A stretch of 64,000 bases of DNA from an uncultured Spirochaetota bacterium (lineage in GTDB: Bacteria > Spirochaetota > Brevinematia > Brevinematales > JAOACQ01). This document shows positions 42,306-53,634 of this stretch, one piece after another. The notes under the pieces were generated by a model. It was given only the letters and a program-made list of their open reading frames with translations. It did no database searches and was not told the DNA's origin. The stretch lies in assembly GCA_963783575.1 (NCBI GenBank), contig CAWAOD010000009.1, positions 608,001 through 672,000 on the forward strand, read 5' to 3'. Each line of letters begins with the position of its first letter. Position 1 is the stretch's first letter. Position numbers and translations under genes: made by a program.

Positions 42306-43499
42306 TCAGCTAAACAGCCATAATATAAGCAATAAAATACCCATAAAAACAGCAGAAGCAATAACAAATAGTGTTAATATCTTTATTTTAACAGGGCCGA
42401 TTTTTATTACCGGCTCAATTTCATCATTTATTTCATCAAAATTATCATCTTTGTCTGATTTTTCATCATCCTTATTATCTTTATCGCTCTGCCGTACAAC
42501 TGTCTCGTAATGAGCAGGATTTGTATTGACAACATTACCGCCAGGTGTTTCCTTCATCTGCTCTTTTTTTTTCTCTTTAGCCTGCACACGGATCCTCCCG
42601 CCGATAACAAACTTGCCCAATATACCGGTCCCGAATTCAAGGAACACTATTATGTTATTAGTCCCCTGCGATTTTTGTATAAAAACCACCCTTCCATAAA
42701 GGCTGTCCTCATACTCATGATTTGCAAAGCTTAAGACAAATTGTACTATTTCCCTGGTATCGATTATTTTTGCCAAAATTTCATCGTTAACCCTTATATT
42801 TTCAATATCAATTCCGCCCAGCGGCGCCAAAACCGGCTCTATTTTCAAATTTAACAGTATAATTTCATTGTCATCAATGCTGGAAGGATGTTTATACCCA
42901 TATTTAATATTTCCGCTATATAGTTTAAACTTAAATATTTCGGTTTCTTCCTGAACTAGCTTCAGGATAATTGCGGTATCCATAAAAATATTACTGATTT
43001 CGTTCAGCATAGTTCTTTTAATATTTGCTAAATCAATTTTGGATTTATCGGTAAAACAATTTGATAGGTTTGATGTTATTTCATCGCTCATAATCTGCGA
43101 TTCTAACTTTGAAAAGTATTGAGGAAGTGAATTCTCATTATCGATATAGTTAATAAGTTCCTCAAGAAGATCCTTCCAGCCGCTTTCTATTTTTATTCTG
43201 GAAAGGTTAATATCGGAGGAAACCACTGCGAATATATATTCCGGTAAATTAGTCTGGGTATTATAGAAATATACAAAGGCTCCATAATTCATTTTTTTGC
43301 TGGATATAAATTTACTTTTTAAAACAATAATGTCCTTATCAGCCGATTCTATAATTTTAATGGCCGCTTCAATATCGTTCTTTGTAAATATTAATAAATT
43401 CTGCGCAAAATCTATCGGAATGCCATAATTAGTAACTAATATTTCAGCTTCTAAAGCCATTTTAACCCCGGAATATATAGAAATACCCTTAAAATTCAA
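42306..43499 (-). CDS. Hypothetical protein with C-terminal TM anchor
   Basis: 397-aa ORF with a hydrophobic C-terminus. Confidence 0.6.
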   Translation of the reverse strand: MNFKGISIYSGVKMALEAEILVTNYGIPIDFAQNLLIFTKNDIEAAIKIIESADKDIIVLKSKFISSKKMNYGAFVYFYNTQTNLPEYIFAVVSSDINLSRIKIESGWKDLLEELINYIDNENSLPQYFSKLESQIMSDEITSNLSNCFTDKSKIDLANIKRTMLNEISNIFMDTAIILKLVQEETEIFKFKLYSGNIKYGYKHPSSIDDNEIILLNLKIEPVLAPLGGIDIENIRVNDEILAKIIDTREIVQFVLSFANHEYEDSLYGRVVFIQKSQGTNNIIVFLEFGTGILGKFVIGGRIRVQAKEKKKEQMKETPGGNVVNTNPAHYETVVRQSDKDNKDDEKSDKDDNFDEINDEIEPVIKIGPVKIKILTLFVIASAVFMGILLLILWLFS

Positions 43500-43530
43500 T
43501 CTCTTTAAAAGCAGTTACGATTTCATTCTT

Positions 43531-44325
43531 TTATTCGTCACGGCTTAAAACTGTTCTAATGGCCTGGGCAATTACTTTTGGATCGGCTGTGATATTTTTA
43601 TTACCGGATCTAAATTTAACACTACCGACCATGGCTGGTGTCGAAGCGCTTTTTTTAAGTTTTTCTTCCTGTTTGGCTTCCTTCAACCGGCCAAGATCAT
43701 CCTTAATAGCATAGTTTTCATCTTCTTTTACAATATTTTCCTCATAAGTAATCGGAGAAAATTCTTCGGAAGGGCCGGTTTCTGATTTATCGGATGAAAC
43801 TTTTTTTGAATTAATTTCGATTTTATTAGTTTTTAGAGATGATTTTACATCATTCTGCTGAGAATTTTCTGAAGTTGTAAAATTCTTTGTATTGATTTCA
43901 TTGACAACATTATCAGCCGTTTTATTTTCCGTTCGATTGAGTTCTGATTTATCATTAACTGGCGCCGTAATTTCATTCCCTTCACTCTCTAGACTGCCCG
44001 TATATATATGATCGTAGCTTTTCCCGGGCAATGTATCACTGTCTTCTATTACATCAATATTTTTGCTGCCCTGTCGTGAAGGATTTGTACCGGATAAAGA
44101 AGTTGAATTTGAAGAGAATAAATTATTATAATCATTTTCAGGTAATGTCTGTTTTAAGAAAAAATCAAGACCGAATCCTAGAATCCCCATAAGGATCGCG
44201 CCAAGTAATGTACGGGTAAAAATTAAAAAAAAAGATGATCCCGAAAAAACGCTTAGCAGCAATGCAAAACCGGCTCCGAAAATACCAAAATAGATTATTA
44301 ACTTCCTTTTTAACAAATCCTGCAT
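43531..44325 (-). CDS. Hypothetical membrane protein (two N-terminal TMs, DPKVIAQAIRTVL C-terminus)
   Basis: The C-terminal motif resembles conserved proteins near spirochaete fliA. Confidence 0.6.
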   Translation of the reverse strand: MQDLLKRKLIIYFGIFGAGFALLLSVFSGSSFFLIFTRTLLGAILMGILGFGLDFFLKQTLPENDYNNLFSSNSTSLSGTNPSRQGSKNIDVIEDSDTLPGKSYDHIYTGSLESEGNEITAPVNDKSELNRTENKTADNVVNEINTKNFTTSENSQQNDVKSSLKTNKIEINSKKVSSDKSETGPSEEFSPITYEENIVKEDENYAIKDDLGRLKEAKQEEKLKKSASTPAMVGSVKFRSGNKNITADPKVIAQAIRTVLSRDE

Positions 44326-44383
44326 TTAATTATCCTACTTTTTACCTTATATAATTATATGAAAGATTGATAAAAAGTCAAAT

Positions 44384-44416
44384 AAAAAAAGGAGCCGATA
44401 AAGGCTCCTTTTATTT
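44384..44416 (-). terminator. Bidirectional-type Rho-independent terminator after flgM
   Basis: A7-GGAGCC-gataaa-GGCTCC-TTTT. Confidence 0.8.
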
Positions 44417-44433
44417 ATCATCTTTTATATAAA

Positions 44434-44724
44434 TTATAAACCCAACACCTTCATCAGTTTTTCCGCAACCACATTCATGACTTCATCATTATTATAAGCG
44501 CCGTTTTGAAGTTTGGCTTTTACTTCATCAATTTTATCCTGCCTGACATCAGGTGTTTTGTCTAAAATACTTCTAAGTTTAGCCTCTTCCGCCAATTGTT
44601 TGGCTTCACTGGAAATCTCCGCGCTGTCAGCGCTCGTGGCGGTTGATCCACTTTTTTTAACCGGATTGTTTATCTTACTGTTATTATCAATTCCCCTTAA
44701 TCCATCAATACCACGAATCTCCAT
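44434..44724 (-). CDS. flgM: Anti-sigma-28 factor FlgM
   Basis: DSAEISSEAK...PDVRQDKIDEVKAKLQNGAY. Confidence 0.85.
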   Translation of the reverse strand: MEIRGIDGLRGIDNNSKINNPVKKSGSTATSADSAEISSEAKQLAEEAKLRSILDKTPDVRQDKIDEVKAKLQNGAYNNDEVMNVVAEKLMKVLGL

Positions 44725-44750
44725 ATAAGTCCTCCTAAACTCTCAGCATT

Positions 44751-44780
44751 ATTTTCGGAATCAACCGAAACAATCTTTAG
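44751..44780 (-). promoter_or_regulatory. Putative sigma28 promoter of flgM
   Basis: TAAA-N16-TCCGAAAA on the minus strand. A similar TGAA-N16-GTCGAAAA lies upstream of 46026. Confidence 0.5.
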
Positions 44781-44925
44781 CAAATTTTTGTTAACGCCCA
44801 ATCATTAAGTTTCATTTATTAAAAAGGTATTTTCCCGTTTTCAATACATACAGTATAATGACTTTTATTTGCTATTTCCAATTTTTAGCATGAAAATTTT
44901 ATCTTTCAGAATAATTTTTCTGTTA

Positions 44926-45600
44926 TTAAACCCTGTTCATAATAGCCAGAGTAAATTCGCCCCTTTCGGTAATATCATTTTTAATTATATTTTCTATTTT
45001 ACCCCGGATAAATTCTTCATTCAATTTTGTCATTTCCCTTGCAATTATAATTTCGACATTTCCGAACAGTTTATTAATCAGAATTAAAATTTTTTTTAGC
45101 TGATATTGTGAAACAAACAAAACAATAACCGAATTGATATTTTTAAACAGTCCAAGCTCTCTGGACTGTTTCCCCGGGGATTTCGACAGAAAACCAAGAA
45201 AAACGACTCTATCGGTAGAAAAACCGCTCACAGATAATAATGAGGTTAAAGCGGAAGGTCCAGGTATTGGTATAACTGTTATATTATTTCGGACGGCTTC
45301 GTCTACCAAAATTTTCCCGGGATCGGAAAGCGCGGGAACCCCGGCATCGGATACAAGAGCAACATTTTTCCCCTGCTTTAACAGTTGAATAATTCCCTTT
45401 GTACTGTTTTTTTCATTCGCTGGAGAATATTCAATAAGATGTTTTTTTATTTCGTAGTGATTTAACAATTTGATATGCCTGTCTTTATTCTCACAGGCAA
45501 TAATATCAACACTTTTCAATGTATCGATTGCCCTGAATGTTATATCGGAAAGATTGCCTATCGGGGTTGCCACAACATAAAGCTTACCGTCAGGACTCAT
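44926..45600 (-). CDS. rsmI: 16S rRNA C1402 2'-O-methyltransferase
   Basis: LYVVATPIGNLSDIT, VSDAGVP.LSDPG, IPGPSA and REMTKLNEE. Confidence 0.92.
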   Translation of the reverse strand: MSPDGKLYVVATPIGNLSDITFRAIDTLKSVDIIACENKDRHIKLLNHYEIKKHLIEYSPANEKNSTKGIIQLLKQGKNVALVSDAGVPALSDPGKILVDEAVRNNITVIPIPGPSALTSLLSVSGFSTDRVVFLGFLSKSPGKQSRELGLFKNINSVIVLFVSQYQLKKILILINKLFGNVEIIIAREMTKLNEEFIRGKIENIIKNDITERGEFTLAIMNRV

Positions 45601-46026
45601 TTACACCTGCTCCCGATTATTTTTTCCGTCATTACCGGAAGGTTTGTTTATGGAATTGCCTGTATTATCCCCTTTTAGATTGGCTATTTCCTCTATGCTG
45701 AGTACAACCGGTTTCCATTCTTTAACTTCCACGCCTGTTTCCTGATTTCCCGCCTCCGGTATCCATTTATCTTCAGAGAGATACATCCTTATTATTGCAG
45801 CCGCTTTTTCGACAAAATCATCAAGTACTTTTTTATGACCGGCTTTTTTATATAACTTAACTGCTCCGATTTTATCATGCCTGTCAAAATATAAATAATC
45901 AGCAACTCTTATAATGCCGTCCTTATAATCAGTCGCAAGAAAAATCTTCAGAGAGTTTTTATAATCACCCTGGTTGAATAATTCGTTCCCTTTTCTGATA
46001 AATGCTACCCTTTCACTGTTATCCAT
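45601..46026 (-). CDS. Hypothetical TPR-like protein
   Basis: IRKGNELFNQG...YKDGIIRVAD, abutting rsmI. Confidence 0.6.
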   Translation of the reverse strand: MDNSERVAFIRKGNELFNQGDYKNSLKIFLATDYKDGIIRVADYLYFDRHDKIGAVKLYKKAGHKKVLDDFVEKAAAIIRMYLSEDKWIPEAGNQETGVEVKEWKPVVLSIEEIANLKGDNTGNSINKPSGNDGKNNREQV

Positions 46027-46181
46027 CGAATTCTCCCGATATATAATTTTCGACTATTAACGAGAAAATCTTCAAACTTTGATTTAATTTCAAAAATAAA
46101 AGCTATAATCCGCTTGAATTATTATAGATCAATTCATGAGTATCATCAAAATATTTGAATCTAATTTTATGAAGGCTTTTA

Positions 46182-47890
46182 CCCAAACTGAGCGATTTTT
46201 TAATAAATACCAAAAACAGGTTTATAAAAGCCAAAATTTATAAAAATTTGGATATATTTTTTTGTCACCGGTTAATTTGCCGAATTTATGCGTTTGAAAG
46301 CACTAAAATCATCAATCTCTGAGATATTTTCAATTTTTGGCGCAATACCCCCTTATTAATCCATGAAAACAGAGCGCATCTTTAAATCGGGGTAACCGTT
46401 CCGCATTTCTCCCACAAATCTAACAATTTAAACCTGTCAACTACTTCTTCCCTGAATTTTAAAATAGCCCGCCCGCCTGTTTTAACAATCTTTCCCGCAA
46501 TATCAATAAATATTCGCCTGACCGTATCCGGATAACTTTCCACTGGTATTTCCGGTATATCCATATCCGCCTGATAAGCCGACAGCAGATTATACGCTAT
46601 TATCGATAAAAAATAATATACACCGTTTGATACAAAACTCTTAAACGGCAGTGTTTCATCCACGAATTCTTTTATTCCACGGTTCACCAGTTCATCTTTT
46701 GCCCTCAGATGATAGAGCCTCACTATTTCCTCTGCCGTCATATATTTCACAAGCCCCTTTTCTTTCAATACTTCCGCTTCTTCAAGATTTGTATAAATAA
46801 TATTTTCAGGCCTGTCGAACGCTAATCTGAAAACCCCGTCTTCACATTCATATTTGGTATAAATGGCACGGTATCCCTTTTCCCAGCTATCCCGTCTGTC
46901 CCGAAAGTCCAGGTATTCAATTACATCTCCTTTTTTCTCAAACCTTCTCCATTCTTCCGGCAATCGCTTCATCAAATCGAGTTTGATTGAATCCAGTATT
47001 CTCCCGCCGCATATAAAGAACAGTTTCAGGTCTTCCAGCTTCTTAAAATACTTTTGGTCAAAAAACCCGCTATCAGACACAACGATAATCGGCACCTCTT
47101 TGTCATAGCATTTCCGGATTTCCTTCACTGTTTCTTCCAGCATTGTAAACAGATCGTCACCGTGATTCGGGGATTCGCTTCCTTCGTGGAACGCCAGGTT
47201 CACGATAAAACCATTCCAATACATATGCAGCGGATGATACCCGTTAACCTTTTTGTAGGTATAAGTCACGCCGTTTCGCTTTTTAGCGTCATCATTATTC
47301 AGTACCATCGTATCAAGTCCGAGAATAATAACTTTCGGGTTCTTTATCTTGAGACGCCAGACAAAAAGCTTAATTAGAATCTTTTGAAGCTCTTTAAACA
47401 TTGTCTTTTTTACCACTGAAAAAAATCTCTTTATCACATGGGATGAGCACATATTGTCTTTGCTGCATTCAATGGCCTTTCTGTGCCCGATATCATTTGC
47501 CAATTCATCAAACCGGGTCATGGTAAATTTGCTTCCATCTATGAAAAACAGCATCAATTGAGAAATAATTTTTTCTATATCTTTACCTTTGCGGCTCTTG
47601 CGAATTCCCTGAAATACTTCGCTGATCAGGGGAATAACTTTAATATTCTTGAGATATCTCAGGACAAACGTAAGCCCGCCGCGGCTGGTAAGACAATCTT
47701 TCGTTATGCCGATTTTTTGAATCTCATTTCCCTGAATTTTGCGATTTTTATTTTTTTCAGTCATAATTTACCTGCTTTTGCACCCAATGGGTGTTATTCC
47801 GGGGTAAGGATGGCTGTAACCATTTCCTTACCCCATTTTATTTTGGCATGGTTTTATTTTTATGGATAGTTAAGAATCGCTCAGTTTAGG
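46182..47890 (-). mobile_element. IS1380-family insertion sequence with a 5-bp TSD (TTTTA)
   Basis: TIRs CC(C/T)AAACTGAGCGATT. TTTTA at 46177-46181 and 47891-47895. Confidence 0.9.
46382..47764 (-). CDS. IS1380-family transposase
   Basis: LTSRGGL, GLDT, YKKVNGYHPL, DSGF and YHLRAKDE. Confidence 0.88.
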   Translation of the reverse strand: MTEKNKNRKIQGNEIQKIGITKDCLTSRGGLTFVLRYLKNIKVIPLISEVFQGIRKSRKGKDIEKIISQLMLFFIDGSKFTMTRFDELANDIGHRKAIECSKDNMCSSHVIKRFFSVVKKTMFKELQKILIKLFVWRLKIKNPKVIILGLDTMVLNNDDAKKRNGVTYTYKKVNGYHPLHMYWNGFIVNLAFHEGSESPNHGDDLFTMLEETVKEIRKCYDKEVPIIVVSDSGFFDQKYFKKLEDLKLFFICGGRILDSIKLDLMKRLPEEWRRFEKKGDVIEYLDFRDRRDSWEKGYRAIYTKYECEDGVFRLAFDRPENIIYTNLEEAEVLKEKGLVKYMTAEEIVRLYHLRAKDELVNRGIKEFVDETLPFKSFVSNGVYYFLSIIAYNLLSAYQADMDIPEIPVESYPDTVRRIFIDIAGKIVKTGGRAILKFREEVVDRFKLLDLWEKCGTVTPI

Positions 47891-48010
47891 TTTTACAGAA
47901 TAGCGAATGCTTAAAATAGGAAATGGTTAATAAATGTCTCATACAACCACGGAGTGTGATTGTTTTTTACAAAAAAGGGGGTTTGCTTTACAATATACTT
48001 GAAATAAACT

Positions 48011-48112
48011 ATCCTCGCAGTAAATTGTGGGGAATAATACCCGGGTCAAGCGCCTGCCTGGCCTGCCTATGCCGGGATCTCCGGCAGGTAGACGGCAGAC
48101 AGGTCACGCTTG
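48011..48112. repeat. Cluster of nested palindromic repeats in the tex leader (includes copy 3 of the short repeat)
   Basis: CAAGCG (48047) and TCA-CGCTTG (48104-48112) are separated by a 51-bp CCTGCCTG...CAGACAGG insert. A degenerate palindrome lies at 48011-48035. Confidence 0.65.
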
Positions 48113-48164
48113 TTGAAATTATTGTGCTCCGGAAGGATATTATGGTTTGCTGAGGGAGGAAACT

Positions 48165-50459
48165 ATGGAACTGAATGAAGATTTTATTAATGGTCTTGAA
48201 ATAAATCCTGTTGATATAATAAAAAATATTTCACAGGAGCTTAATATACCGGTCAGGCAGGTGAATGCAACGGTAAATCTCTTTAAGGAAGGAAACACAA
48301 TTCCTTTTATATCGCGTTATAGAAAGGAAGTTACAGGATCGCTTGATGAGATCCAAGTAAGGGATATATCGCATAAATTATCATATCTTGAAAATCTGGA
48401 AACAAGAAGAATAGAAATAATAAAAGGCATTTTTGCACAGGGAAAACTTACCGATGAGCTTTACCTGAATATTTTAAAATGCTCCACGCTCACGGAACTC
48501 GAAGACCTTTACGCGCCTTATAAGAAAAAGAAAAAAACCCGGGCAATGATAGCTATTGAAAAAGGGCTGGAAGAGCTTGCGGGCCTTATGATGACAATAA
48601 AGGATATTGAAAAGGAAGCCGCCAGGTTTATCAATCCAGATAAGGGCGTTAACAGCGCTGAAGAGGCATTGCAGGGGGCTATGGACATTATTGCCGAAAA
48701 AACCGCGCAGGATGTCGATAACCGTAAACTGGTCAGGGAATACATAAACGGAAGCGGCGAGGTTGTTATAAAAGGATTAAAAGACGAATCAACAAGCGTT
48801 TACAAAATGTATTACGATTACAGAGAACCCGTTAAGCTTTTGAAAGCGCACAGGGTTCTTGCTATTAACCGCGGCGAGAAAGAGGAAGAGCTCTCCGTAA
48901 AAATAGAATTTGACAATGAAAAAGCATCCGAACTTCTTTTATCCAGGTATAATATTATGAACAGCTTCCAGAAATCCGCCATAGAAGACGGATTAAAGCG
49001 GCTCCTTCTTCCTTCAATTCTTCGTGAAATCCGCGGAACCCAGTCTGACGATGCTGATCAGCATGGAATCGGCGTGTTTGCGGAAAACCTCAAGGGTCTT
49101 TTGATGCAGCCGCCTATCAGGCGTACAAGGGTTCTGGGAGTTGATCCCGGAATACGCACAGGTACTAAATCCGCCGCGCTGGATGAAAACGGGAAATACC
49201 TGGGATATTTTCTCTTTTTCCAGGATAAAAAGGAGGTGTCAAAAAACGCCATAGCTGAAGCGGTTAAGAAATATAAGGTTGAACTGATTGCGGTCGGAAA
49301 TGGAACAGGCTCTCATGAAGTACAGGAGGTTGTCGCGGAGTCGATAAGCGATTATAATCTGCCAGTTCAATATACCGTTGTCGATGAAGACGGGGCTTCC
49401 GTTTACTCCGCATCCGAACTCGCGGGAGAAGAATTTCCCAAACTGGATCTGACAATTCGGGGAGCGATATCAATCGGGCGGCGAATCCAGGACCCTCTTG
49501 CCGAGTTTGTTAAAATCGACCCCAGGTCAATCGGTGTAGGATTGTACCAGCATGACGTCAACCAGAAATCCCTTTCGGAAAAGCTGGACGAGGTTGTTGA
49601 ATCCGTTGTCAACAATGTCGGCGTTAATGTTAATACGGCGTCTTACGCGCTTCTCCGCTATGTTTCCGGAATAACATTCTCTCTAGCGAAAAACATCGTC
49701 GAATTCAGGGACAAATACGGCATCATCCGCTCGAGGGACGATTTCAGAAAAATAGCCGGATTCGGTGATAAGACCTTTGAGCAGGCGGCCGGTTTTTTAA
49801 AGGTGCCTGAAAGTAAAGATATGCTTGACAACACCTGGGTTCATCCCGAGAATTACCAGGCGGCAAGGGACATTCTTACCATAATAAAAAAAGGCGATGA
49901 AATCACAAAAAAAGTCAAAGAGGAAATAATTGCAAAATACGGCATCGGTTCCACAACAGTTAACGATATCATAGAGGAATTGAAAAGACCCAACCGTGAC
50001 CCCAGGGAAGATTTTCCGGCACCGATATTACAGAAAGGTGTTGTGAATTTTGAAGATTTAAAAACCGGTATGAGAGTCAAAGGAAAGGTTAAAAATGTGG
50101 TTGACTTTGGGGCTTTTGTCGATATCGGAATAAAGGAAACCGCTTTAATTCACGTGTCGCAGATAAGCGACAATTATATCAAAAATCCATCGGAAATTCT
50201 TAAGCTCGGGGATGTGAAAGAGTTTAAAATTATCGAAATTGACACCGTACGCAAGCGGATTTCGTTATCTTTGAAGAGCAACCCGGAAAAACCGACGGTA
50301 TCGAAGGAAAACTCTAAAAAAATGGAAAGCGGTAATGATAAAAAGGGATCAAAAGCTGAGGAAAAAAGACATGATTATTCACCTCAGCCGGTTAAAAAAC
50401 AACCCGCGGCAGGCTCTTTGGGAAGTTTTTTAAAGCGGCCTTTGAATTTCGACAAGTAA
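48165..50459 (+). CDS. tex: Tex family transcription accessory protein
   Basis: TIPFISRYRKE, DPGIRTG, GASVYSAS, GVGLYQHDV and an S1 domain. ATG at 48165 follows GGAGG. Confidence 0.93.
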   Translation: MELNEDFINGLEINPVDIIKNISQELNIPVRQVNATVNLFKEGNTIPFISRYRKEVTGSLDEIQVRDISHKLSYLENLETRRIEIIKGIFAQGKLTDELYLNILKCSTLTELEDLYAPYKKKKKTRAMIAIEKGLEELAGLMMTIKDIEKEAARFINPDKGVNSAEEALQGAMDIIAEKTAQDVDNRKLVREYINGSGEVVIKGLKDESTSVYKMYYDYREPVKLLKAHRVLAINRGEKEEELSVKIEFDNEKASELLLSRYNIMNSFQKSAIEDGLKRLLLPSILREIRGTQSDDADQHGIGVFAENLKGLLMQPPIRRTRVLGVDPGIRTGTKSAALDENGKYLGYFLFFQDKKEVSKNAIAEAVKKYKVELIAVGNGTGSHEVQEVVAESISDYNLPVQYTVVDEDGASVYSASELAGEEFPKLDLTIRGAISIGRRIQDPLAEFVKIDPRSIGVGLYQHDVNQKSLSEKLDEVVESVVNNVGVNVNTASYALLRYVSGITFSLAKNIVEFRDKYGIIRSRDDFRKIAGFGDKTFEQAAGFLKVPESKDMLDNTWVHPENYQAARDILTIIKKGDEITKKVKEEIIAKYGIGSTTVNDIIEELKRPNRDPREDFPAPILQKGVVNFEDLKTGMRVKGKVKNVVDFGAFVDIGIKETALIHVSQISDNYIKNPSEILKLGDVKEFKIIEIDTVRKRISLSLKSNPEKPTVSKENSKKMESGNDKKGSKAEEKRHDYSPQPVKKQPAAGSLGSFLKRPLNFDK

Positions 50460-50463
50460 TCGG

Positions 50464-50871
50464 TTAATAAGTAAAACCATTATCCTTGATTGTATCGAGA
50501 TGCCGTTTATACCTTTTTGGAATATCAATATTAACATTGTAATTTATTAATTTTAATGCTTCGGATATGGCCTCAAATCCATCGTTATAGAATGTTTCTA
50601 TTCTCCTGACTTTATCCTTAATGTTTTTATAATTTTCAGGACATACGAATGTCCAGTCCGCGCCGTCTTTATTAACAACTACTCTGAAAAACTTGTCAAT
50701 ATCCAATTCGCTGTAATTCAATTTTTTTAACAGAATATTATGCTCCACTGCAGCATCTATGTTTGATATAAGCATCTCTATTTTGTCGAAAGACACAAGC
50801 ATTAACAATGGATCGTCATCAATAAAAGATTTTTTAACGCTTGCTTCTTCAGGATAATATTTTATTTCCAT
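50464..50871 (-). CDS. Hypothetical protein
   Basis: 135-aa ORF, convergent with tex. Confidence 0.6.
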   Translation of the reverse strand: MEIKYYPEEASVKKSFIDDDPLLMLVSFDKIEMLISNIDAAVEHNILLKKLNYSELDIDKFFRVVVNKDGADWTFVCPENYKNIKDKVRRIETFYNDGFEAISEALKLINYNVNIDIPKRYKRHLDTIKDNGFTY

Positions 50872-50929
50872 AAAACTTTCTCAATCATATAGAATTTTAA
50901 CCCTTTTACGAAATATTATCAATTTATTT

Positions 50930-50964
50930 TTGACTTTTAGAACTGTATTAATTATAATTACAGT
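50930..50964 (+). promoter_or_regulatory. sigma70 promoter overlapped by an Rrf2-type operator
   Basis: TTGACT-17-TATAAT, with the inverted repeat ACTGTATT-N7-ATTACAGT at 50942-50964. Confidence 0.7.
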
Positions 50965-50991
50965 ATTAAAAATCAGGAGATTTGAAAATAA

Positions 50992-51450
50992 GTGAATAGC
51001 GACTTTTATCTATCGATGCATTGCCTGCTGCTTCTTGCATGCGAGCCCTCTTCAGTTTTAACCAGCAGTCGTATAGCAAGCCAGCTTACAGTACATCCTG
51101 TGCGGGTAAGGAAGGCTCTCGGCTTATTAAAAAAATCAGGTTTTATCTCCTCAAGGGAGGGTTCAAACGGAGGTTTCTCACTGGCAAAGGAACCGGAAAA
51201 AATAACACTGGAACAGATATATTCACTTACCGAACCTAACATTATAAAAATACCGTCAAAGAACTTATATAGTTCCTTATGTCCGGTTGACAGCAGTATC
51301 GGCGAGGTTTTGACATCGGTATTTACAAAGGCGGAAAACAGCCTTTTGATGCAGTTGAAGAATTATACCCTTAAATCGATAATGAAAGAAATCCACGCAT
51401 TAAACCCGAAGCAATGCTCATGCGGAAGGAAAGCGCAAAAGGCTTCATAA
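50992..51450 (+). CDS. Rrf2 family transcriptional regulator
   Basis: HPVRVRK...SREGSNGGFSLAKEPEKITL, then CPV. Confidence 0.88.
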   Translation: MNSDFYLSMHCLLLLACEPSSVLTSSRIASQLTVHPVRVRKALGLLKKSGFISSREGSNGGFSLAKEPEKITLEQIYSLTEPNIIKIPSKNLYSSLCPVDSSIGEVLTSVFTKAENSLLMQLKNYTLKSIMKEIHALNPKQCSCGRKAQKAS

Positions 51451-51457
51451 AGATTAA

Positions 51458-52642
<1,185 letters not shown>

Positions 52643-52665
52643 CAATAATAAAGGATGGAAGATAT

Positions 52666-53634
52666 ATGGCTAAAAACGATCTTATAGGCGGTGCTCTCTG
52701 GGAGCAATATTCCCAGAAAGTCAGCGATAGAATGGATAACCCTGTAAACCGGGGTGAAATAACCGAGGAAGAAGCATCCGCCATGGGAGCCAAGCTTGTT
52801 GTGGCGGATTGGGGCGCCGAAGCCTGCGGGGACGCTGTAAGGCTTTACTGGGCTGTTGATAAAGCCTCAAACAGGATTTTAAAAGCCAGGTTTAAAAGCT
52901 TCGGCTGCGGCACTGCAATTGCTTCCAGTGATGTTATGGCCGAGATGTGCACTGGAAAAACCGTTGACGAAGCGGTAAAAATCACAAACATAGACGTTGA
53001 AAAGGCATTGCGGGACACAAAAGATATGCCGTCAATACCGCCGCAGAAAATGCACTGCAGCGTTATGGCTTACGATGTAATAAAAAAAGCCGCGTCAATT
53101 TATAAGGGTGTAGACATGTCGCATTTTGAAAACGAGGAAATCGTCTGTGAATGCGCAAGGGTCTCGCTTGGTACAATAAAAGATGTTATAAGGATAAATA
53201 ATTTAAAAACAGTAGAAGAGATCACCCAATACACAAAAGCGGGCGCTTTCTGTAAATCCTGCATCAGGCCGGGCGGTCATGAACAGAGAAAATATCATTT
53301 AGTAGATATATTAAGAGAGGTAAGAGCTGAAATGGAAAAAGAAACGGTTCAGAAAAGCATGGAAACAAAGGATTTTAAATCCATGAGTCTTGTACAGAAG
53401 CTGAAGGCTATCGAAAAAGTCCTTGAACAGGAAATAAAGCCTATGCTTGCCAATGACGGCGGCAGCCTTGAAGTTGTCGATATAAAGGATAGTGAAGGAT
53501 ACGCCGATGTTTATATCAACTATATCGGCGCATGCCGGGGTTGTCCCGCCTCAAAAAATGGAACGCTTTTCGCGATTCAGAATTATTTGAACGAAAAGGT
53601 CGATGATACAATCCGCGTATTGCCTGTTGACTAA
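52666..53634 (+). CDS. nifU: Three-domain Fe-S scaffold NifU (IscU, BFD-like, Nfu)
   Basis: ACGD, FGCG, KMHCS, VCECAR...FCKSC and GACRGC. Confidence 0.92.
   Translation: MAKNDLIGGALWEQYSQKVSDRMDNPVNRGEITEEEASAMGAKLVVADWGAEACGDAVRLYWAVDKASNRILKARFKSFGCGTAIASSDVMAEMCTGKTVDEAVKITNIDVEKALRDTKDMPSIPPQKMHCSVMAYDVIKKAASIYKGVDMSHFENEEIVCECARVSLGTIKDVIRINNLKTVEEITQYTKAGAFCKSCIRPGGHEQRKYHLVDILREVRAEMEKETVQKSMETKDFKSMSLVQKLKAIEKVLEQEIKPMLANDGGSLEVVDIKDSEGYADVYINYIGACRGCPASKNGTLFAIQNYLNEKVDDTIRVLPVD

Noticed and set aside
47923..48153. 76-aa ORF upstream of tex
   Set aside because: It runs through the promoter and palindromic repeats and is probably non-coding.
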